Shown: positions 17,105 through 27,096 of the stretch, piece after piece
Layout: each line of letters opens with the position of its first letter
Numbering within the stretch: position 1 is the first letter of the stretch
Assembly: GCA_045863295.1 (NCBI GenBank)
Contig: BTWA01000003.1
Location: 96,001 to 160,000 of the forward strand
Direction: 5' to 3'
Source of the DNA: Candidatus Hydrogenedentota bacterium
GTDB taxonomy: Bacteria; Hydrogenedentota; Hydrogenedentia; Hydrogenedentales; SLHB01
DNA: 64,000 nucleotides
Made by a program: the position numbers and the translations under genes
The notes under the pieces: model-generated
Told to the model about the DNA's origin: nothing
Seen by the model: the letters and a program-made list of their open reading frames with translations, nothing else
Database searches by the model: none

Positions 17105-19461
17105 CAGAAATGCTTCGTCGTGCCGTACCACTGGCTGCCGCCGTGGTCGAGGTGCAATACGGGAAGACCGCTCAACCGGACTTCCTTTCCGTATTTATCC
17201 TGGAGGGCCATTCCGAACCACATGTCGGCTCCCTCAAAATGGTCGAGCTCATGGTATTTCACTTTGCGCATGAACTCGGTGCGGAAGCATTGAAAGAAGC
17301 CTACGGGAACGCCTTTCGCTTCGCGGTAGCGGTATTCACTCGCTGTCTTCAAGAGGCGGTCCCATTCATCCCAGGGTTGAATCTCGCCGAGCAATATCTT
17401 GGCAGTATCTTCTTTGCTGAGCATCTTCCGACCGTCAGCGGCAATGAAATTGCAGTTTGCGGATTCTTCCTCCACTCTGGCGAACATATCGGGTGACAGC
17501 ACGATGTCGGCATCCATGAGGACGGTCCATTCGCCGGAAGCCATGTTGACGCCTTCGTTGATCATGAATCCCTTGGCATTGGCGTTTTGCGCGGGAAACG
17601 GTGCGCGGAGAATGCGCAATTCCGGAAACGAGTTGTGCATGCTGTCGATAAGATCGTCGGTAGCGTCGAGTCCGGGAATGTAGCAGACGATGACCTCGAG
17701 CTTGCGGAGATCGAAGTTGCGCTGATGGGCAAGGCTTCGAAGCATGGCCTGCAATCGCCGGGCATAGCGGGAGTTCACGACGACGACCGAGTACTTTACC
17801 TGGTTGGCGTCCCCGGCAAGCGACTTTTCGCCTCGCCAGATTTTCACAAATTGCGTCACGATGTGCGTGTCGATGTTCCAGATGGAAATGCGCGGATTGA
17901 GCACGGTCGGCAATCGCACCGGTGCGTAGTGCAGCCCTTCGAATTCGACCGGGCTCACGGCTTTTCCATCGCGGAGCAACACGTAGTGTCCGTCACGCTC
18001 CACGTGGAGCGTCAATGTGTGCCGGTATCCTTCCATGGGACAAACCACCTTGATGTGCCGCCCGAAACTGAATCCGATGTAATCGGCGATGCCGCCGCCA
18101 AAGCCGACAGAAATGGTGCACGGCGGCTCGATCTGGGGCAGTGCGGTGCTCACCTTCTCCCCGGCGGCAAGGGAATGCCAGCGCACTCCTCCTTCCATGG
18201 GTTCGAACGGCGCGGCCTCCACGCCGTATTCATAGGGCATGAGTTGCTGATCGGGCTTTACGTTCTCCACGATTTCGTTGGCGTGATGAACAAGCTTCCG
18301 ATGCGCGTCTGTGGTGGAGCGGCGCGGGCGATCGATTGCATCGTAGTGCTTGGGCTGGTGCGCACAAAAGTGCATGGCCGATACCACCAATTCGCCCTCT
18401 TGCTTCTTTGGGTTGAGTCCGGGCAGCGCTTCCGCGACGGCGGGTGTCACGCGATCGCAGATTCGGCGCAGGCTGCACTCTCCGCACTCGGGCCCCATGC
18501 GCTTGAGGTCGTCCGCACGGATTTGTTCCAGCCGCTTTCGCACGTCTGCGTTGGTTTCGTCGGCGGCGCGGGCTCGGCCACGGAGCCGGTGGAGATGGCG
18601 GGTCAGTTTGTGCCAGCCGACCATCCAAGGCATGAGGAAGCGGGAGTGCATCAACAGGCGCAGCAGGACGGCGTCGACAAACGTGCGCTGGAACGTGGCG
18701 CGAGCGGTCATGATCAGCAGGATCTTGCCGACGGCGGAATACGGGTTGCGGTAGAGCGTCTGCGCGAGTTCGTAGGCTCCCTTCCGGTATTGCTGGTGGT
18801 CAAGAAAAAACTGAGGGCTATTGACCGCGTGCGGCCAGTTTTCGTTCGACACGTGGCAAAAGGGAAGAAAGGTGAGGTTGACTTCGATTTCCCTGGCGGC
18901 CAGATTCCGGACAAGCGCGTTCATCCGGTCCAAGGTGTGCGCGGTATCCCGGGAATTGGAGGAATGCATTTTGTGAATAAACGGATCGTACGTCGCGATA
19001 TTCACGGAAACTGGGGAGTACAAAGCGATCTCCGCGGCGATGGACTCTGCGTCCAGGGATGCACAAAAAGGCGCGTGTAATTGCAGTCGCAACGGCACGT
19101 CGGCATCGCGGCAAGCCTTTGCCCACGACTCCGCGTTCTTGCAGGGCCATTCCGGGAGCGTCAAAAAAACGTCGAGCAGGCCGGCTTGCTTCAGGGACAG
19201 CAATGGCACGCCCGGAAATTCCCCTTCGCACCGGATGGACAAACGCACGCCCATTTCCTCGGCGTCTCGTAGCAGACCGTTCATTCGGTCGATGGTGTGT
19301 ACATTGACCAGCACATCGACTTTCTCCGCATTGAACACGATACGATTGAGGCGCAGCCAGCGCTTCACATCGATCGCGGAAAAAGCCGATCCTCGGTGGT
19401 TTTGCAGGACGACTAACCCGCGCACAGGGGCAATTCGCTGTTCGTCGACTATCAGGGACAC
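17104..19461 (-). CDS. GT-A (GT2-like) glycosyltransferase fused to a degenerate radical-SAM-like N-terminal region, paralogue 1
   Basis: GTG start. C-terminal YSVVVV...ASGEWTVLMDAD...HLDH. N-terminal GVRLSIRCEG..LKQAGLLDVFLTL, LPFC, CGECSLRRICD. Colinear with 14762-17104. Confidence 0.75.
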   Translation of the reverse strand: MSLIVDEQRIAPVRGLVVLQNHRGSAFSAIDVKRWLRLNRIVFNAEKVDVLVNVHTIDRMNGLLRDAEEMGVRLSIRCEGEFPGVPLLSLKQAGLLDVFLTLPEWPCKNAESWAKACRDADVPLRLQLHAPFCASLDAESIAAEIALYSPVSVNIATYDPFIHKMHSSNSRDTAHTLDRMNALVRNLAAREIEVNLTFLPFCHVSNENWPHAVNSPQFFLDHQQYRKGAYELAQTLYRNPYSAVGKILLIMTARATFQRTFVDAVLLRLLMHSRFLMPWMVGWHKLTRHLHRLRGRARAADETNADVRKRLEQIRADDLKRMGPECGECSLRRICDRVTPAVAEALPGLNPKKQEGELVVSAMHFCAHQPKHYDAIDRPRRSTTDAHRKLVHHANEIVENVKPDQQLMPYEYGVEAAPFEPMEGGVRWHSLAAGEKVSTALPQIEPPCTISVGFGGGIADYIGFSFGRHIKVVCPMEGYRHTLTLHVERDGHYVLLRDGKAVSPVEFEGLHYAPVRLPTVLNPRISIWNIDTHIVTQFVKIWRGEKSLAGDANQVKYSVVVVNSRYARRLQAMLRSLAHQRNFDLRKLEVIVCYIPGLDATDDLIDSMHNSFPELRILRAPFPAQNANAKGFMINEGVNMASGEWTVLMDADIVLSPDMFARVEEESANCNFIAADGRKMLSKEDTAKILLGEIQPWDEWDRLLKTASEYRYREAKGVPVGFFQCFRTEFMRKVKYHELDHFEGADMWFGMALQDKYGKEVRLSGLPVLHLDHGGSQWYGTTKHF

Positions 19462-19530
19462 GATATCGTAATCCGATCCGGCAGTTTTTGTTTTGAGAGC
19501 TCACGCGCACGAGGCGCAGCCAGTCGGGCA

Positions 19531-19559
19531 ATGATAGTCGCACCGGGGAAAAGTGTCAA
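19531..19559 (-). promoter_or_regulatory. putative sigma-70 promoter for the fusion-glycosyltransferase operon
   Basis: Minus strand TTGACA (19559-19554), 17-nt spacer, TATCAT (19536-19531), about 70 nt upstream of the GTG at 19461. Confidence 0.55.
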
Positions 19560-19674
19560 AAGTTTACCTGTTCTATGGTAGAGTTTTCGCGTTGAACGGC
19601 ATGTACAGGGGTCTTAGACTTGAAGTTACACAATGCGTGCGCGTTCTTCTCGCGATTGATGGGGTTGAAAGCCG

Positions 19675-20304
19675 ATGAAGCTTGCGGTTGCCTTATCCAT
19701 ATTGTTCATGGCGTTTGTAGCCGTTGCTTTCGACGCCTCGGCCCACGAGGAACTGGAGCGGTATATCCAGCAACGAGTGATGGCGGAGGTCTCGCGCGAG
19801 AACATTGACTTTACGTTGGAGATCTTGTTCACGAGTCCCGCTTCCGTGAGGGAGCGTAAGCGTATCGACGCGAATCATGATGGCGCTTTGGACAAGGCGG
19901 AGCGCAAGGCGTATCTGGAAAGCGCGCTGACGAAGTTGGAATCCGATGTTCGTTTTCAAATTGACATGGAGGCCGTGAACATTGTTCCTCTGGGGGAACC
20001 AGAACTGGATCTGCTGGATTCAAAGGATATGGAGGCGCACCCGCATGTGTTGCGGTTTCGATTTTTTGCGCGCACGCCGGGGTCGTTTCGGGGGGGCAGC
20101 GTGTTGCAGTTGGATTCGCGGTTGTTTGTGGACGAGCCGTGTTTGGTGTCTGTGTCCGTGCAGGGCAAAGGCGGCATTCAGATGAGCGTATCGCCGACGG
20201 AGGGACTCAAACGGGCGGCCGAGGATGAAGAGGGCATTTGCCTTCTCAAGGCGACTTGCCGGTACATTCGTTTGACAAAAAGCACTTCGGGGGAAGAGCC
20301 ATGA
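19675..20304 (+). CDS. secreted hypothetical protein with an EF-hand-like loop
   Basis: Signal peptide ending ASA-H. DANHDGALDKAE fits the Dx[DN]xDG Ca-binding loop. ATGA overlap with the next gene. Confidence 0.65.
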   Translation: MKLAVALSILFMAFVAVAFDASAHEELERYIQQRVMAEVSRENIDFTLEILFTSPASVRERKRIDANHDGALDKAERKAYLESALTKLESDVRFQIDMEAVNIVPLGEPELDLLDSKDMEAHPHVLRFRFFARTPGSFRGGSVLQLDSRLFVDEPCLVSVSVQGKGGIQMSVSPTEGLKRAAEDEEGICLLKATCRYIRLTKSTSGEEP

Positions 20305-22448
20305 AGCAATTTCTGATCGTGACGTTGTTCGCATTCGCCGTGGCGCACGGCCAGGAAATGGAGGCGCTACCGGGCGCTCCGGAGATGGCGGGCGCGCTTG
20401 TGAAACAGCATGGGTATCTGTTTGGCGCCCCGGTATCGGCGGAGGCGGATGCCTCGAATCGGGATTGGCAAGAAATACAGCAGGCGTCGCGCCGAGCGAC
20501 CAGCGAAGAACAGAAGGCCGAAGTGGCGACACGGCGGGCCGCCGCGGCGGATGCGCTCGTGAAGTTGCTGGAGTCGTGTCCGGAAAAGTATGACTTGGCA
20601 TTCACGGGGATGGAGACGACATTGCCGCCGCTGGCGCCGGCACGGTTTCCGGGCGACTCCGCCGCATTCCTGTTTCGCGTGGCAACGGGCGATGGACCCG
20701 CTCGGTGTCTTGTGTTGGACTTCGATCTTTCGGAGCATTCCCATCTCCCGCAATTTCCGGTGGAAGTGGCGCCCGGTTGCACAACGTGGGTACTGGTTTC
20801 GTTGCGGCGGTTGCCGCAATTGACGACGCACTGGTCGTTCGAATTTCGCGTTGCGGGCCTTCCCACGACCTCACTTCCACTAACCCTGAAGGCATCGGAT
20901 CACGGCACGCTGAAACTGTCGGTACTCTCGGATGACGATGGCAAGGTTTCCCCCGCCATGATTCGATTGACCTGGAAGACCGATGGCAGCGATGTGCGTC
21001 CGGGCGGGGCATTGGATTTCAGTCCGCAGTTCGACAAACAGGGGAACCATACCGGCGCGCGGCGCGCGAACCTGCCGGGCAAGCTCGCGGGAGCGTATTG
21101 GTGCATACCGGGCGCCATTTCCATGTCGGTCGCGCCGGGCGAATACGACGTAGTGGTCCTTCGCGGGGTTGAGCACGTGGCGGTATACGACACGGTGACC
21201 GTGCCAGAGGGAGGCATGGCCGAGCGGACGTACCGGCCCCGGCGCTGGGTGAATATGCCGAAGGCGGGGTGGTACTCCGGCGACGACCATGTGCACTCGC
21301 AGATCTTGAGCGATGCGGATGCGGACGCGACCATGACCTGGATACAGGCTGAAGATGTGCATCTGGCCAATGTGGTCAAGATGGGCGATATCAACCGGAC
21401 GTGGTTCGAGCAGCGGGGCTTCGGCAAGAACTACAGGGTAATCGACGGCGACTATATTCTCTCGCCGGGGCAGGAGTGTCCACGCACGCATAACGAATTG
21501 GGCCACACGCTGGCGATGAACATCAAGAACATGATCCGGGACACGGATCGCTATTATTTGTACGACACGGTTTTCGACGAAGTGCACCGGCAAGGGGGAT
21601 TATCGGGCTATGCCCATGTGAACGCGGGGCTGTTTCACGTGCATCGCGACATGAGCATGAACATTCCCAAGGAAAAGATCGATTTTGTGGAGTTGCTCCA
21701 ATTCGCGGACATGAGCACGGATCTCTACTACGAGTTCCTGAATACCGGGTTTCCGGTCACCGCGTCGGCGGGGAGCGATGTGCCGTGGGGCGGGACTGTG
21801 GGCGAAGTACGGGTATTTGCCTACGTGGGCAAGAAGCGGTTTACCGCGGATCGCTGGTTTGAGGCAGTGCGGCGGGGAAATACGTTTGTGACCAACGGCA
21901 TCATGCTGGATTTTACCGTGGATGGCGCGTTGCCCGGAGACACGCTGAAGGTCGGCAATGGGGATTCGGTGCGCGTGAAGGCCCGCGCGTGGGGCGATCC
22001 GGAACGGGATGTGCCTTCCAAGCTGGATGTGATGGTGCATGGCGCGGCGGTGAAGACGGTCGAATCCAGCGATCCGAGACAGGCTGAACTCGCGATCGAA
22101 TTCGAATTGCCCGCCGCGAACGGGTTCTGGATTGCAGCGCGCGCGGAAGGCGCGGACGGGTCCCGCGCACACACGACGCCGGTATATGTGATCCGGGACG
22201 GTCTGCGGTTCTGGAAATATGATGCGCTGGATGAGTTGATCGCCAAGCGCGAAGCGAGCCTCGCGGAAATAGAGCAGATCGTGGCCGAGGCGACGCAGGG
22301 GAACAGTCCGCGGATTCCCATGGGGCCGCGTCCGGCGGAGTTGCTGGCGCAACAAGGTCCGGCGTTGCTGGAAAGAGTGGAAGCGGCCAAGGCTATCTAT
22401 GCGGAGCTGCGCGCAGCAAAGGAGGCCGAGGCGGCGTTACGGGAGTGA
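20301..22448 (+). CDS. secreted CehA/McbA-type (PHP-fold) metallohydrolase
   Basis: Signal peptide MKQFL...AVAHG. GWYSGDDHVH, GYAH, YYEFLNTG.P.TASAGSD, FVTNG, AHTTPVYV. Confidence 0.8.
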   Translation: MKQFLIVTLFAFAVAHGQEMEALPGAPEMAGALVKQHGYLFGAPVSAEADASNRDWQEIQQASRRATSEEQKAEVATRRAAAADALVKLLESCPEKYDLAFTGMETTLPPLAPARFPGDSAAFLFRVATGDGPARCLVLDFDLSEHSHLPQFPVEVAPGCTTWVLVSLRRLPQLTTHWSFEFRVAGLPTTSLPLTLKASDHGTLKLSVLSDDDGKVSPAMIRLTWKTDGSDVRPGGALDFSPQFDKQGNHTGARRANLPGKLAGAYWCIPGAISMSVAPGEYDVVVLRGVEHVAVYDTVTVPEGGMAERTYRPRRWVNMPKAGWYSGDDHVHSQILSDADADATMTWIQAEDVHLANVVKMGDINRTWFEQRGFGKNYRVIDGDYILSPGQECPRTHNELGHTLAMNIKNMIRDTDRYYLYDTVFDEVHRQGGLSGYAHVNAGLFHVHRDMSMNIPKEKIDFVELLQFADMSTDLYYEFLNTGFPVTASAGSDVPWGGTVGEVRVFAYVGKKRFTADRWFEAVRRGNTFVTNGIMLDFTVDGALPGDTLKVGNGDSVRVKARAWGDPERDVPSKLDVMVHGAAVKTVESSDPRQAELAIEFELPAANGFWIAARAEGADGSRAHTTPVYVIRDGLRFWKYDALDELIAKREASLAEIEQIVAEATQGNSPRIPMGPRPAELLAQQGPALLERVEAAKAIYAELRAAKEAEAALRE

Positions 22449-22489
22449 GGCGGCGGGAGTGCGGGCCGGAAATCTGTGATGCTTTGGTC

Positions 22490-22539
22490 CACGGGCTTGT
22501 GGCCCGTGACTATTCCCATTTTGTCCCCATTCGGGGACA
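22490..22539. repeat. REP-like double hairpin between convergent genes
   Basis: CACGGGC-ttgtg-GCCCGTG (22490-22508) and TGTCCCC-attc-GGGGACA (22522-22539). Confidence 0.5.
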
Positions 22540-22597
22540 TGGCGCGCACTGAATTTCGGGGCGTACACAACTTCTAGAATGGCATGTTCGCATGGCA

Positions 22598-23890
22598 TTA
22601 CGACAAGCCCAGTTCCGCGGCGAGATCGAGCACGGTGAATCGATTGCGAATGTAGCGGGCGCGGGAGAGCGCGTTCTGGTATTCGTTCAATGGCATGGCG
22701 GTATCTTCGGGGGTAACGGGACCGCCCGCGTCGCGGATGGCCTGTTCGACGAGGGTGGAAGACAACAGGTCGCGCGACACGCTTTCACGAATGGCGGCAT
22801 GGCTTGAAGCAAACCTAGCGATTTCGATTTCGATGTCTTCCGTAGACCGCGCTTTTTCGCTCCATTGTTTGATGACTTCCTGGCCGACGGCTTCGCCCCA
22901 GTCGTCGAACGCCCATTGCTTGACTTGGTCCATGGACGGCTGGCTGGCGGCGAGGGTCTTGGCGTCGAGCGATGCAGGATCGAGTTCGCAAATGCGCTCC
23001 CAGAGCCGCAGGCAATGCAGCGTCGCCACGCCCACCTGCACGCCGTGGAGATCGTGCGTGGACCCGTAGAGCGCGGACTTCATGTCGATGTAGTGCGAAA
23101 TGAGGTGTTCGCCGCCTGACGCGGGCGCCGACGAACCGGCCACCAGCATCGACAGGCCGGAGAGGATAAGCGCCTCGAGCAACACGCCGATGGCCTGCGC
23201 GTCGCCTTGGCCGATGGCGGCGGCCGAGTCCAGCGTCTCTTGCAGGATGCCCTCGTAGAATTGCAGCGCTTTCTCGTCGTAGTACTCGTCGCGCAGCATG
23301 TGGGCGGTGCGCCAATCGGCGCCCGCGGAACATTTGGAGAGATAATCGGCGAGTCCGGAGGCGGCCATGCGGGGCGGCGCTTTGCAAACGATATCCGGAT
23401 CGGCAAAGACGGCGAGGGCGGGTGTGCAGGGTATGGTGCGCTTGAGGCCGCGCAGCTTCACGGCGGTGATGCCGGAGGTATAGCCGTTCATGGAGGCGGC
23501 GGTGGCAAACAGCACGACCGGCTTTTTGAGGTCGCTGCCGGCCTGTTTGGCGAGATCGCACACAGTACCGGATCCCACGCCGACGATGGCGTCCACGGAA
23601 TCGCATGCTTTCGCAAGATCCTTCGCACGTTCCATGGTGGCATCGAGATGGGGGTCGTCGAAAGAGAATTCCTGTATTTGGACCCCCGCGGCGTTTAATG
23701 CAAGCAATACGGGATCCATTGCCGCGAGCCGGGTGTGCGGATCGGATACGGCCATGACGCGCGGCAGGCCTTTATCTCGAATGAACTTGCCCATTTCCGG
23801 GGCGGCATCGGGGCCGATGTGGCACTTGGCGATGGGAAACAGACCTGAACGATCGTAGGCGAGTTTCAATAAACTGCCGACTTCATACAT
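22598..23890 (-). CDS. sn-glycerol-1-phosphate dehydrogenase (AraM/EgsA family)
   Basis: VGVGSGTVCDLAK, TAASMNGYTS, SG.AD.LSK..A.ADW, PASGGEHLISH, LHGVQVGV. Confidence 0.85.
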   Translation of the reverse strand: MYEVGSLLKLAYDRSGLFPIAKCHIGPDAAPEMGKFIRDKGLPRVMAVSDPHTRLAAMDPVLLALNAAGVQIQEFSFDDPHLDATMERAKDLAKACDSVDAIVGVGSGTVCDLAKQAGSDLKKPVVLFATAASMNGYTSGITAVKLRGLKRTIPCTPALAVFADPDIVCKAPPRMAASGLADYLSKCSAGADWRTAHMLRDEYYDEKALQFYEGILQETLDSAAAIGQGDAQAIGVLLEALILSGLSMLVAGSSAPASGGEHLISHYIDMKSALYGSTHDLHGVQVGVATLHCLRLWERICELDPASLDAKTLAASQPSMDQVKQWAFDDWGEAVGQEVIKQWSEKARSTEDIEIEIARFASSHAAIRESVSRDLLSSTLVEQAIRDAGGPVTPEDTAMPLNEYQNALSRARYIRNRFTVLDLAAELGLS

Positions 23891-24065
23891 GCGGGTGGCT
23901 CCGGTAGTCAGGTTTGCGAGAACGCCCAATGGCGGACCATCCTAAGCCAGCAGGGGCGCGGGGAACAAAATCCGGTTTGCCGTGTCCTTGCGGCGTTGTG
24001 TTGCGCCCGGTACCATAGTGTCTTGGCGGCTGCAACGTGACGTAGAAAAATCAAAGGATGAGTCC

Positions 24066-24860
24066 ATGCCCATTACCCAACTTTCCAGCGAACAGTTGGC
24101 GCAATACCAGCGCGACGGTTACCTCTTGATCGAGGGGCATTTCGATCGCGACGAGACCGAATTGTTGCTCAACATTGCCAAGGCCGACAAGGCCTTGATC
24201 GACGGCGCGACGGGCAAGAAGGACACGTCGGGCAACATCACGAAATTGACGTTGCGCAACGCCCTTTTTGACGACACGTACAGCGCTATAGTGCGGTCGG
24301 AGCGTGTTGTGAACATCATGGAACAGCTACTCGGCGGCGAAGTCTATCATTATCACCATAAGATGATGCTGAAGGAGCCGCGTGTGGGCGGGGCGTGGGA
24401 ATGGCATCAGGATTACGGGTATTGGTACGACAACGGATGCCTGTTTCCGTACATGGCGAGTTGCATGATCGCGGTGGATCGGGCCAACAAGGAGAACGGT
24501 TGCCTGCAAGTAATTCGCGGGTCGCACCAGATGGGACGCGTGAATCACATGCGCATCGCAGAGCAGACCGGCGCGGATCCCGAGCGCGTGGAGCAGGCGC
24601 TCAAACGGATGGAACTTGTTTATTGCGAGATGGAGCCGGGCACAGCGCTTTTCTTTGACGGCAATTTGCTGCACCGTTCCGACATGAATGCGAGCGAGCA
24701 TTCGCGCTGGTCGTTGATCTGTTGTTACAACGCGGCACGGAACGACCCATACAAGAAGCACCACCACCCCAATTATTCCTACTTGGAGAAGTGGCCGGAT
24801 AGCCGCGTGAAGGAAAAGGCGCTGCAGGAGTGGTCGGCCATGCAGGCCGCGACGGCCTGA
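24066..24860 (+). CDS. phytanoyl-CoA dioxygenase (PhyH)-family Fe(II)/2-oxoglutarate dioxygenase
   Basis: WEWHQD (HxD), [18 protein letters not shown]...R. Confidence 0.9.
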   Translation: MPITQLSSEQLAQYQRDGYLLIEGHFDRDETELLLNIAKADKALIDGATGKKDTSGNITKLTLRNALFDDTYSAIVRSERVVNIMEQLLGGEVYHYHHKMMLKEPRVGGAWEWHQDYGYWYDNGCLFPYMASCMIAVDRANKENGCLQVIRGSHQMGRVNHMRIAEQTGADPERVEQALKRMELVYCEMEPGTALFFDGNLLHRSDMNASEHSRWSLICCYNAARNDPYKKHHHPNYSYLEKWPDSRVKEKALQEWSAMQAATA

Positions 24861-24863
24861 CGT

Positions 24864-25787
24864 ATGGCGAGGACGCCGTATGGAATTGGCGTAGACTTGG
24901 GCGGCAGCCGGATCAAAGCAGCCGCGGTGGACGAGGACGGGCGCGTCGTCGAGCAGCGAATTGTTCCCACGTTCGAAAGGTATGCCTCCAGTAGCGATTC
25001 GGTTCCGGTTTGGGCAGGGGGAACCGCCGATCTGGTGAGTACGCTGGAGTCGGCCGTAGGGTACCGTGCGTCACGCATCGGGCTGGCTGCGCCGGGCCTG
25101 GCCGCGGCGGACGGGCGATCGGTCGCGTTTCTTCCCGGACGGTTGGAGGGGCTGGAGGGATTCGACTGGACAGCCTTTCTGGGCCGCGACGCCGTCACGC
25201 CGGTGATGAACGATGCGCAGGCGGCGCTGTTGGGAGAGATGTGGATTGGCGCGGGCCGGGGCCTTCAAGACGCGATTCTGCTGACTCTGGGCACAGGGGT
25301 GGGTGGAGCGATTATGTCGGGCGGCCGGGTTTTGCATGGTGCGATTGGGCGCGCGGGTCATCTGGGTCATATCTGCCTCGATGTTCATGGCGCGCCCGGT
25401 ATTACCAACATCCCGGGGAGTTTGGAAGAAGCCATTGGCGAGTGTTCGATATTGCGGCGAAGCAAGGGCCGTTTTGAGTCCACCCGATTGCTTGTCGATG
25501 CGGCGCGGGGTGGCGACGCGGAGGCGGCGCGCTGGTGGTCCGAGTCGGTTCGGTCGCTTGCCTGCGCGATTGCGTCGTACATCAACATACTCGATCCTCA
25601 AACCGTTATACTGGGCGGAGGCAACGCGCAACTTGGGGCGGCGTTGTTCGATCCGTTGTCACTTGAGTTGGATTCCATGGAATGGCGGCCCGGTGGGCAT
25701 TGCACGCCGGTGATTCCGGCGGCGCTTGGGGAATTGGCCGGCGCGATCGGCGCGGCCCGGAACGCCATGTTGCATGGACTGCATTGA
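24864..25787 (+). CDS. ROK-family sugar kinase
   Basis: IGVDLGGS, GLAAPG, NDAQAALLGE, LTLGTGVGG, AGHLGH. Confidence 0.9.
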   Translation: MARTPYGIGVDLGGSRIKAAAVDEDGRVVEQRIVPTFERYASSSDSVPVWAGGTADLVSTLESAVGYRASRIGLAAPGLAAADGRSVAFLPGRLEGLEGFDWTAFLGRDAVTPVMNDAQAALLGEMWIGAGRGLQDAILLTLGTGVGGAIMSGGRVLHGAIGRAGHLGHICLDVHGAPGITNIPGSLEEAIGECSILRRSKGRFESTRLLVDAARGGDAEAARWWSESVRSLACAIASYINILDPQTVILGGGNAQLGAALFDPLSLELDSMEWRPGGHCTPVIPAALGELAGAIGAARNAMLHGLH

Positions 25788-25807
25788 TTTCATGGAGAGG
25801 CCGTTGC

Positions 25808-26887
25808 ATGTCGAAAACGTGGCGTATCGCCGGGATCAATTTTGACCACTCGCACATGGGCGACAATTTGCGCATGGCGCATGAGCATCCGCAGGCGGAG
25901 ATAGTGGGTGTCTGTCATTCGGAGCCGGGTGCGATGGAGCCCACGATCGCAGCGCTTTCCATTGCGCGGGATCGCGTGTTTACGGACTATCGGGAATGCA
26001 TCGAGAAGACCAAGCCCGACATCGTGGTGTTGTGCCCGGCGACCGCCTACCACGCGGAATGGGTTGAGAACGTTGCACCTTTCGGCACGGCCATTCTGCT
26101 GGAGAAGCCGTTTGCGTCGACGCTTGGGGAAGCGGACCGGATTCTGGCGGTAACTGAGTCGAACGGAAATGTATTGGCCATCAACTGGCCGTTGCGCTGG
26201 TATCCGAGCCATGTCACGGCGAAACGCCTGGTGGACGAAGGGACTGTCGGCGACGTGACCGAGGTTCACTACTACGACGGCAACCGAGGACCGCTTTGGC
26301 ATGTTGCCGACAAGATTACAACCGATTCGGCCTACGTGGCGCGGGAGAAGTCGAAGAGTTGGTTTTATCAGCGGTCCGCGGGCGGCGGATCGCTGCTGGA
26401 CTATCTTGGGTATGGCACGACTTTGGGCACCTGGTATCACGGAGGCAAAGCGCCGTTGGAAGTGACGACTGTGGTCGATGAGCCCGCGGATTTGGAGGTG
26501 GATGAACACAGCATCACGGTGGCGCGGTACTCGTGCGGGCTCTCCAAATTTGAAACGCGCTGGGGCACGTTCAGCGATCCCTGGACGCATCAGCCGCAGC
26601 CCAAGTGCGGTTTCGTGATCAAGGGGACTTTGGGTACGATCAGCAGCTACGACTACGAGCCCAGTATCCGTGTACAGACCGCGGATCGGCCGGAAGGTTT
26701 TGATTTGCCGGTGGACCCGTTGCGTCCGCCGTATCAGAACCCGGTGCAGTACTTGATTCAATGCCTGGGTGCGGGGAGCCCCGTGGAGGGTCCACTTTCG
26801 CCCGCGATGTGCCGCGTAGGTCAACAAATTGTGGACACCGCAGTGCTGAGCGCGCGAGAAAAGCGAACCGTGGCGTTGTTGCCCTAG
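25808..26887 (+). CDS. Gfo/Idh/MocA-family oxidoreductase
   Basis: GGAGAGG RBS. Rossmann N-terminus, LLEKPFA, GGGSLLDYLGY. Confidence 0.88.
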   Translation: MSKTWRIAGINFDHSHMGDNLRMAHEHPQAEIVGVCHSEPGAMEPTIAALSIARDRVFTDYRECIEKTKPDIVVLCPATAYHAEWVENVAPFGTAILLEKPFASTLGEADRILAVTESNGNVLAINWPLRWYPSHVTAKRLVDEGTVGDVTEVHYYDGNRGPLWHVADKITTDSAYVAREKSKSWFYQRSAGGGSLLDYLGYGTTLGTWYHGGKAPLEVTTVVDEPADLEVDEHSITVARYSCGLSKFETRWGTFSDPWTHQPQPKCGFVIKGTLGTISSYDYEPSIRVQTADRPEGFDLPVDPLRPPYQNPVQYLIQCLGAGSPVEGPLSPAMCRVGQQIVDTAVLSAREKRTVALLP

Positions 26888-27086
26888 CCCGGATATTTCA
26901 CGACTTTGTCCAATTAACTGTGTACCAACAATTCAATCGGCTTGTTACCAAAACTGGCGCACCTACAGTGTGCAAGTGAAACATCCTCAGCGTTTCAAGC
27001 TCTAGGAATTCTGTGTGAGCAATTTGCACCACGGAGACTGTACTTCAGTCTTCCACGCACGAATCAAGCGTGGTGCATAATGCGGG
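26888..27086. mobile_element. non-autonomous MITE-like element, copy 2 (199 bp)
   Basis: Aligns end to end with 13507-13753 apart from two missing 24-bp units and scattered substitutions. Flanks are CTAG / TTAG. Confidence 0.75.
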
Positions 27087-27096
27087 TTAGCGCCTC

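Noticed and set aside
17587..19080. 497-aa plus-strand ORF
   Set aside because: Antisense shadow of the fusion glycosyltransferase, with no motifs of its own.
14762..19461. Active radical SAM enzymes
   Set aside because: Neither protein has a CxxxCxxC or GGEP motif, so they are reported only as degenerate radical-SAM-like.
23982..24860. Ectoine hydroxylase ectD
   Set aside because: It has WEWHQD rather than the EctD F.WHSDFETWH signature, and no ect genes are nearby.
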